Shown here: in pieces, positions 8,179-12,574 of the stretch
Layout: each line of letters begins with the position of its first letter
Position numbering within the stretch: position 1 is the stretch's first letter
Assembly: GCA_041640575.1 (NCBI GenBank)
Contig: JBEPZZ010000002.1
Location: 1 to 12,574, forward strand
Source of the DNA: Pseudothermotoga sp.
GTDB lineage: Bacteria > Thermotogota > Thermotogae > Thermotogales > DSM-5069
Length of the DNA stretch: 12,574 nucleotides
Reading direction: 5' to 3'
Made by a program: the position numbers and the translations under genes
The notes under the pieces: generated by a model
What the model saw: only the letters and a program-made list of their open reading frames with translations
What the model was told of the DNA's origin: nothing
Database searches by the model: none

Positions 8179-9387
8179 TCAGCGCCTTATTTGCGGACTG
8201 GTAAACGGATTTAAAATTGTCCTCCCACTAGTCGTCTGTCCAGTAGTCGTATTACGTTGAACAACTGGAACAAGGATTATTTCCCCATCAATGAGTCCTT
8301 CAGTTATTTCATAACTGGAAGAAGTTCTTTCTCCAATTTTGACAACTCTTTTTTCAACTTTATCCGCCATTTTAACGGTGACATAAGCTTGTCCATCCTC
8401 AAATTGAACAGCTCTCACAGGTACAACGATAACGTTTTGTTTATTCAGCAAAATTACTTCAACTTGGCAGGACAGACCTGGTATGAGAATTGGAGAAGAT
8501 TCCGTAGCACGTCGAGCTACAAATTGCCTTTGCTGTGCTGCCGTGCCGGAAGGTGAAGTAGTGGAAAACCGTTGGATAAACTGCTGTTGCGTTTCCTGTG
8601 CCACATTGGAAGGCAGATTTAAAAGAAATCTCTCCAGCATTTGCTGTCTTGTTTCAGAAATCGTCATCTGCTGAATTCCACCACTAGTTAGCAAATCAAT
8701 TTCTATTGGTACTACCACAATTCCACCTGTTGTTTGAGCTTCTCGTGAAATATAAGAAACACGGCCAGAAAACGTCATATTTGCGAAAGCATCAAGTGTA
8801 ATCATTGCTGCTTGACCAATGGATATCTTCGAATAATCTATCTCGTCTACATTTGCCGATACATAAAAATTTTCTGTGTTAACAATCTTTGCCACAACAG
8901 CCGAACCACTGATCATTGATCCTTCAGTCACATCAATTGAAACGACGATGCCATCGATTGGCGATTTCACTGTACATCTTTCCAAGTCCCTCTTAGCTAT
9001 TTGAAGTTCTAAGTCTCGTTGCTCCAAGAGTAATTTTGAACCACTCAGTTTAGCACTTTCATAATTCTGTAGAGCTCTTACATAAGCCAGTCTGTAATCG
9101 GTATCATCTATTTCGATTAGGACATCTCCTACCTTAACAATGCTTCCCCTAGATATATGAACCTTCTTTACAACTCCGCTCACTAGTGGTCGAACATCTG
9201 CAGTCTTTCTTGCAAGAACTGTTCCAGATAAGCTAAGTGTCTCTGTCAAATTTTGTCTGCTTACCACGTATTCAGTGTAGGTTGTGCTCGAAGCTTGTTG
9301 TGATGAATTGTCCCTGTTACAAGAGGCAATTAGGAAGATTAGCATAAGTACCGTTAGAAGTGTTATTTTAAGAAATTTGTTTCTCAT
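8179..9387 (-). CDS. Periplasmic adaptor / membrane fusion lipoprotein (MacA-like)
   Basis: Lipobox-like LIAS-C23. Lipoyl halves 'VSGVVKKVHISRGSIVKVGDVLIEI' and 'VKSPIDGIV', 'VDEIDYSKISIGQ', and MP domain 'VVPVRAV...EITEGLIDGE'. ATGA overlap with the upstream gene. Confidence 0.92.
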   Translation of the reverse strand: MRNKFLKITLLTVLMLIFLIASCNRDNSSQQASSTTYTEYVVSRQNLTETLSLSGTVLARKTADVRPLVSGVVKKVHISRGSIVKVGDVLIEIDDTDYRLAYVRALQNYESAKLSGSKLLLEQRDLELQIAKRDLERCTVKSPIDGIVVSIDVTEGSMISGSAVVAKIVNTENFYVSANVDEIDYSKISIGQAAMITLDAFANMTFSGRVSYISREAQTTGGIVVVPIEIDLLTSGGIQQMTISETRQQMLERFLLNLPSNVAQETQQQFIQRFSTTSPSGTAAQQRQFVARRATESSPILIPGLSCQVEVILLNKQNVIVVPVRAVQFEDGQAYVTVKMADKVEKRVVKIGERTSSSYEITEGLIDGEIILVPVVQRNTTTGQTTSGRTILNPFTSPQIRR

Positions 9388-10736
9388 CGGTTCACCTGCC
9401 TTCCAACCAAATCGACAAGATCCATTCCAAGAATCTTCAGATAATTCACCCTTGCCATAAGCAGGTTATAATAAGCCCTCGAAAGCTCAATTTCAGCATT
9501 TCTTAGCTGTATTTTTGCTTTTTGTATATCCTGTTCTGAGAGATATTGCGCTGCTTTCATGGTTCTCTCATAATCTATCTTTGCGAGTTGAAAATCCAGT
9601 TCTGCTGTCTTCTTTGAATATTCGGAAACTCTCATTGTCAGAACTGCCCTTTTTACATCTCTTTCAACTGTTGCCAGTTTTTCCTCGAAAACCTTCTGCT
9701 GAATGTTATAGCTCTCTATAGTTTTTTCATAACTGTTATTTCTTTCACCTCGATCGAGGATCGTGTAATTCAGTGAAAGGCCAAACGAGACAGCAAAACC
9801 AATGTTTGGTGAAGAATTTTGAGGAATTTTTACCGAAGCTGTTATCGATGGGTTAGGAAGAAAAGTTTGGTAGGACCTTTCACATCTTCTTTTTGCTATT
9901 TCAAGACCTATTTCAGAAGCTTTGATGTCTGGTCTGTAACCGACAATTTGCATTGCTTCATCTTCACCTGGTAATTCTGAGGTAATCTTTTCGAGCACTT
10001 CAAGCATCTCATCAAAAACTTCCTTTGAATATGTCCTACTTATCGTTATACGACTTCTTTGTAAATCAGTAAGTTGCTGTGTCAGAGTTTGAAGCTCTTT
10101 CTGAGTCTTAAGCAGTTCATCAAGTGTGGCGACACCAGCGTGGTATTTCTGTTGAATCACATCAACTTGTTCAATCAAAAGCTGAAGTTGAATGTTCAAA
10201 ATTTCTAACTTTGCACCGTAGTAATAATCGTTGAAAATCTCGTCAACAACGCTAGTGAAAACATTGTTTCGGGCGTTCAGTAAACTCCAAGCTGAGTTCT
10301 CTAATTTCTGCAAAGCAACTAAACCTTCTATATCGAAATCGGCGAAAAGTTGCCTACTAACTGAAAATGCCCAACCATCTTCTTTCCATGTGCCATCTTG
10401 TGAATTGTAACGCCAATAGTTTCCAATCGCAAAGTCGAAGCCGTAAACATTTTTGAACGTTACCGATACCGGTAAGTTCACGGAATACGTTGTTTTGTCA
10501 TCAGTAATTGTCGCCCCAAATGTGTTAGCACCACCAACAGTTACGTATGGCATGAACCAGTTAGTCTTTTGGTTATTTTCAAGTCGAGAATTTTCAAATT
10601 CCATCCTCGCTAACAAGTAGCTAGAATCTTTGGAAAGCTTCTCTTCAAGTATGCTTTCAAAAGAACCAAAGACGAGGAGCCCAGGTAACAAAAAGAACAC
10701 ACAAAGGATAACCGGGATCGTCCTCATAGTCTTCAT
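9384..10736 (-). CDS. TolC/OEP-family outer-envelope channel protein with beta-strand segments
   Basis: Signal peptide and two OEP-like repeats with long helices. Tip motif 'YHAGVATLDELL' and 'RPDIKA'. Amphipathic strands 'PYVTV...FSVSRQLF' and 'PNPSITAS...LSLNYTILD'. An alternative start at ATG 10727 is possible. Confidence 0.8.
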   Translation of the reverse strand: MKTMRTIPVILCVFFLLPGLLVFGSFESILEEKLSKDSSYLLARMEFENSRLENNQKTNWFMPYVTVGGANTFGATITDDKTTYSVNLPVSVTFKNVYGFDFAIGNYWRYNSQDGTWKEDGWAFSVSRQLFADFDIEGLVALQKLENSAWSLLNARNNVFTSVVDEIFNDYYYGAKLEILNIQLQLLIEQVDVIQQKYHAGVATLDELLKTQKELQTLTQQLTDLQRSRITISRTYSKEVFDEMLEVLEKITSELPGEDEAMQIVGYRPDIKASEIGLEIAKRRCERSYQTFLPNPSITASVKIPQNSSPNIGFAVSFGLSLNYTILDRGERNNSYEKTIESYNIQQKVFEEKLATVERDVKRAVLTMRVSEYSKKTAELDFQLAKIDYERTMKAAQYLSEQDIQKAKIQLRNAEIELSRAYYNLLMARVNYLKILGMDLVDLVGRQVNR

Positions 10737-11746
10737 CTCCCAAGGACTATCTCAAATACCTTTAAATAATCTTGACCAGCATCTACATAAAGTGAACAAA
10801 CGTTACTCAAAAAAGATCTAATGTTACTCAATAAATCCATCGTAGCTGAAAGATATTCGTTTCTTGCATTAAGCAAATCCCTTTCAGAAGCTGCACCTGA
10901 TTTGTAATTTAATTCGGTACTAGTTGCTTTTGCTTCGGAAATATTCAGCTGCTCTTTAGCCGCTTCAATAGATCGTTTCAGATTCGCAGCATTTTGCAGT
11001 TGCGACTCAAAACTTTTTCTAACCGTCATTTTTGTGTTTTCAACGCTGTTCTTAGCTTGCTCCAGATTTCTCTCTGCTTTGGTTCTACTGTAAACAGACG
11101 GATTTACAAGCAAATCTAAGTTTGTTTGCGCAATCTGAACATTTAACTCAGCTATCGCAATAGATAAAGAATTACTAAGAAGAACTTCCAAGTTTGGTAA
11201 CTCAATATTCAAATTCAACTTAATTTTCGCTAAATCGAAAGGTTCAACCGCGCCAATGATTCTTTCATAATCTCTTTTAACTTGCTCCAGACTAAGTCTT
11301 GCATTGTCGAAAGCGTTTTGCTGCTGAAGAAATGCAATCTTTGAGCTTTGTAAATCTTGGATGCTTACAATTCCTTTCTTGTAGAGATCTTGTTTTTCGT
11401 TGTAATCGGATTCTGCGAGCTTTAGCTTGTTCTGCTGTATCTGCACATTAAGTTGCTTTTCGAGAATGCCTATATAAAGGTTCAGAAATTCATCTATGAA
11501 ATTTTTCAGCGCAGTTCTGTTGCTTTGTTGAGCTTGCAACCAGGACAATCTTGCAGAAAGTTCCTGGGTTTTATTTTTAGCTTCTACAATGGCCTTTTCG
11601 TAATCATCCTTCGCTTGCTCAAAATCAATGGTGCTATTTCGATACGTAATACTGTTCTTCTGCGCATTCTGGAGCGCAGCCAATGGATTAGCAAGAATTA
11701 TGGCAAAAACTGTTAACAAAAGAGCAAACGTCAGAGATTTTTTCAT
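10733..11746 (-). CDS. TolC/OEP-like all-helical protein (apparently lacking beta-barrel strands), 337 aa
   Basis: Start reassigned to ATG 11746 (GGGGGG RBS 6 nt upstream). Signal peptide MKKSLTFALLLTVFAIILA. Two OEP tip motifs, 'YKKGIVSIQDL' and 'YKSGAASERDL', with coiled-coil heptads throughout. Confidence 0.75.
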   Translation of the reverse strand: MKKSLTFALLLTVFAIILANPLAALQNAQKNSITYRNSTIDFEQAKDDYEKAIVEAKNKTQELSARLSWLQAQQSNRTALKNFIDEFLNLYIGILEKQLNVQIQQNKLKLAESDYNEKQDLYKKGIVSIQDLQSSKIAFLQQQNAFDNARLSLEQVKRDYERIIGAVEPFDLAKIKLNLNIELPNLEVLLSNSLSIAIAELNVQIAQTNLDLLVNPSVYSRTKAERNLEQAKNSVENTKMTVRKSFESQLQNAANLKRSIEAAKEQLNISEAKATSTELNYKSGAASERDLLNARNEYLSATMDLLSNIRSFLSNVCSLYVDAGQDYLKVFEIVLGR

Positions 11747-11778
11747 AATCATCCCCCCATTTAGAATCTTTCAGTTAA

Positions 11779-11806
11779 ATTCTAGGATATGACAAAGCAA
11801 ATACAA
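11779..11806 (-). promoter_or_regulatory. Candidate sigma70 promoter for the exporter operon
   Basis: On the minus strand: TTGTAT (11806-11801), 16 bp, TAGAAT (11784-11779), about 32 nt upstream of ATG 11746. Confidence 0.5.
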
Positions 11807-11809
11807 TCG

Positions 11810-11828
11810 AATTCTAATCAAATTCTAA
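11810..11828 (-). promoter_or_regulatory. Tandem direct repeat TTAGAATT-N3-TTAGAATT (11-bp period), putative transcription-factor site
   Basis: AATTCTAA at 11810-11817 and 11821-11828 on the + strand, immediately upstream of the candidate -35. Confidence 0.5.
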
Positions 11829-11831
11829 GAT

Positions 11832-12574
11832 TTATCCAACTCCAACACGACTACCGCCGGATCCACCACCAATTCTTGTACCACCAGATGAGGAGGAAGA
11901 AATTCGTGACACCGTGGATTTGGCTATTAAGCGGATAGAACCGATTTCATCAATTAAGGTGGGATTGTAGTAAATGGCAGTTGTAACAGGTGTTGAAGGA
12001 GGTTCCGGATAAAGCTTCTTCAGGTTTTTTCTAACCTCTTTTGCTACACCAAGAGCAGTTGCATAAATCAGATATTCATCCCAAATAGCGACTGATTGCG
12101 GTGGATGCATGGAAAGCGCAGAAAAATCAGTCAAATACCTTTCAAAATTCTTCCATTTTAAATAATAAAGTAACCCATCCTTCGTCCACTTTGCAAAAAC
12201 CGTTCTTTTCATGGACAGAACTACAATTGAAACAACAACACAGCTAATCATGAGAACACGGAAATAGGAAAAAACCACTTCGAAACCTGGAGATAAAACA
12301 GACAATGAGGATATTATTAGCACGATGGGCAAAATCAATCCTACAACAGCAGCAAGACCTTTTGCTATAGTGTTGCCTTTTGTGTTCATATATTTTCTCC
12401 GAATCACTTGAGAATGTATATCTTTGGACCAATCCTTAAACTTTTTCAGGAATTCTCTTGCATTCTCCTCTTTGCGTAAAATCTTCTTGATCTCGTTGAA
12501 GAGAATCACTCCATCTTTTTGGTACTCTGCAAAACAATCAATTAGCTTACTCCTTTTTTTACCTTGCTTGAGAA
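11832..12574 (-). CDS. DUF2207-like membrane protein, C-terminal part (5' end outside the window)
   Basis: The frame stays open beyond the ORF-track GTG (12509) to the window edge. Two TM helices, 'W..F..YL.DFS', 'IWDEYLIYATALGVAKEV', and a Ser/Gly-rich tail 'SSSSSGG...GGGSGG', all typical of DUF2207. Confidence 0.85.
   Translation of the reverse strand, partial: LKQGKKRSKLIDCFAEYQKDGVILFNEIKKILRKEENAREFLKKFKDWSKDIHSQVIRRKYMNTKGNTIAKGLAAVVGLILPIVLIISSLSVLSPGFEVVFSYFRVLMISCVVVSIVVLSMKRTVFAKWTKDGLLYYLKWKNFERYLTDFSALSMHPPQSVAIWDEYLIYATALGVAKEVRKNLKKLYPEPPSTPVTTAIYYNPTLIDEIGSIRLIAKSTVSRISSSSSGGTRIGGGSGGSRVGVG

Noticed and set aside
6930..12432. Short ORFs nested within the exporter operon and DUF2207 gene
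   Set aside because: They are antisense or alternate-frame shadows of strongly supported CDSs, with no independent evidence.
6268..12574. Genomic island integrated at the tmRNA 3' end
   Set aside because: No integrase, no duplicated ssrA 3' fragment and no evident composition shift were seen in the window. The CCGCCGGATCCACCA at about 11854 is just Gly/Ser codons of the DUF2207 tail. A distal att site outside the window cannot be excluded.
1..12574. CRISPR arrays, IS elements, tRNA or rRNA genes
   Set aside because: No regularly spaced repeats, transposase motifs or full cloverleaf were seen. The only tRNA-like element belongs to the tmRNA.

Overview
This window looks like ordinary chromosomal DNA from an AT-rich bacterium, very likely Thermotogota, because the tmRNA closely resembles the Thermotoga-type ssrA as I recall it. 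The + strand carries the end of a branched-chain amino acid ABC operon (livM partial, livG, livF). Next is a tightly coupled three-gene unit: DegV/FakB-family protein, membrane-anchored type I (LivJ-like) periplasmic binding protein, and a transmembrane HD-GYP phosphodiesterase. A complete tmRNA (5912-6267, tag ANEELALAA) with a near-consensus promoter follows. The - strand carries the 3' end of a DUF2207-like membrane protein and a five-gene MacAB-TolC-type exporter operon (two TolC/OEP paralogs, lipoprotein adaptor, ATPase, permease) that ends 2 nt from the tmRNA CCA. Three things stand out. (1) One TolC paralog appears to lack the beta-barrel strands and the other has an expanded beta region, next to a short-hairpin adaptor with a Gln-rich insert; this may be an extended envelope-spanning channel. 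(2) The orphan binding protein plus HD-GYP may form a c-di-GMP sensing module linked to DegV. (3) 11-bp-period direct repeats lie just upstream of the exporter promoter. No mobile element or CRISPR array was seen.
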